Shown here: one piece after another, positions 62,934 through 64,000 of the stretch
Layout of the letters: each line of letters begins with the position of its first letter
Position numbering within the stretch: the stretch's first letter is position 1
Assembly: GCF_006345805.1 (NCBI RefSeq)
Contig: NC_043020.1
Location: 9,548,001-9,612,000 of the forward strand
Direction of reading: 5' to 3'
Length of the DNA: 64,000 nucleotides
Source: Octopus sinensis
Lineage: Eukaryota
Translations under genes and position numbers: made by a program
The notes under the pieces: model-generated
What the model was told of the DNA's origin: nothing
Seen by the model: the letters and a program-made list of their open reading frames with translations, nothing else
Database searches by the model: none

Positions 62934-63209
62934 AACAATTGCAGCGTGGAATGTGTTTGTAAGCCATTTAAGAAACACACAAAAGCCGTTCAATTCACTT
63001 CAACATTTAAGTTTAATTTGTCAAAATATTTTCGTCGCTAAAATCCGCGACCTGTTCACTGACAGCAGCATGGATTTTTGTCAGTGAACAGGTCGCGGAT
63101 TTTAGCGACGAAAATATTTTGACAAATTAAACTTAAATGTTGAAGTGAATCAAACGGCTTTTGTGTGTTTCTTAAATGGCTTATAAACACCTTCCACGCT
63201 GCAATTGTT
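62934..63209. repeat. Fold-back palindrome, 131-bp arms and 14-bp spacer
   Basis: 62934-63064 is the near-perfect reverse complement of 63079-63209. An outer arm at ~62768-62793 pairs with 63210-63235. Confidence 0.92.
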
Positions 63210-63377
63210 ATTTTTTCTATATGGTGTGAATAAAGTCTTTCACTATTGAATTGCTAATACAGGTTTTTCTCTCAATTATACACATATATGTTGTCAGATT
63301 TGATTTAGAATTGCTAAATTGAATTTTTCCCTGTAAGTTTGGAATTATATTCCTATTATTATTATTATTATTATTAT

Positions 63378-63413
<36 letters not shown>

Positions 63414-63578
63414 ATTAAATTAGAGATAAAACCACTATTAGGCAACTCAAACAGTGATAGTGGTTTTATCTCTAATTTAATTTATATTTATACGGTGAAA
63501 TTTGATTTAATCCTAAATCTAATTTTTCCCTGTAAGTTTGGATATACTCCCTAATATTATATATATATATATATTATA

Positions 63579-63745
63579 CTTTATTTAAAAGCAGCAGAAA
63601 ATTCAACAAAACCTGTTACTCTGAGTTTCACGTTCCCGTTCGTTGGACAGTTTTTGCTAGAATCTAGCAAAAACTGTCCGACAAACGGGAACATGAAACT
63701 CAGAGTAACAGGTTTTGTTGAATTTTTTGCTGCTTTTAAATAAAG
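63579..63745. repeat. Fold-back palindrome, 83-bp arms and 1-nt spacer
   Basis: ...tttttgctaga-a-tctagcaaaaa...; a single arm also occurs at ~26800-26880. Confidence 0.92.
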
Positions 63746-64000
63746 CATATTACTCTACCACTGGTATTTGAGTACTCTTTTTTCCACCTTGTTTCACATT
63801 TATGTGTTTACTCCGGTATATATATATATATATAATATATATATATATATGTATATGTATATACATATATACTAGTTTTTAAACAATTTCTGTCTACCAA
63901 ATTCATTCGCAAGGCTTTGGTCAACTCAGCGCGACAAGAGAAGACACTTGCTCAAAGTGCTATGCAGTGGGACTGAACCTAAAAACCTGCGGTCACAAAG

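Overview
This is repeat-dense, AT-rich eukaryotic DNA. It is very probably from an Octopus-type coleoid cephalopod (inferred from the KRAB-less C2H2 arrays, the tRNA-SINE families and the microsatellite density). It holds two gene systems. (1) Two convergent 19-finger C2H2 zinc-finger genes (2864-4546 +; 16150-17841 -) lie in the arms of a ~3.35-kb inverted duplication (2413-5763 / 14930-18294). Their first and last seven fingers are protein-identical, but the middle fingers have been replaced or duplicated as modules. A third, older copy of the 3' region and an opposite-strand finger relic lie nearby. (2) Nine coding exons of an SLC37A3-like sugar-phosphate exchanger (27635 to at least 62114, +) splice into one open frame, and the gene runs off the window. 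The rest is mobile DNA: four short-retroposon families, RTE/CR1 LINE fragments, mariner/hAT/piggyBac-like/Tc2-like MITEs and Helentron-like HINEs. The most notable non-obvious signals are minimal hammerhead-ribozyme motifs with palindromic stem III (8938-8972 +; 12468-12510 and 12375-12421 -), a 20-copy 105-bp satellite born from a retroposon core, a twin-primed (5'-inverted) RTE insertion, a 50-bp target-site duplication and several fold-back palindromes. All family names come from recalled motif resemblance, not database searches. Repeat boundaries are approximate.
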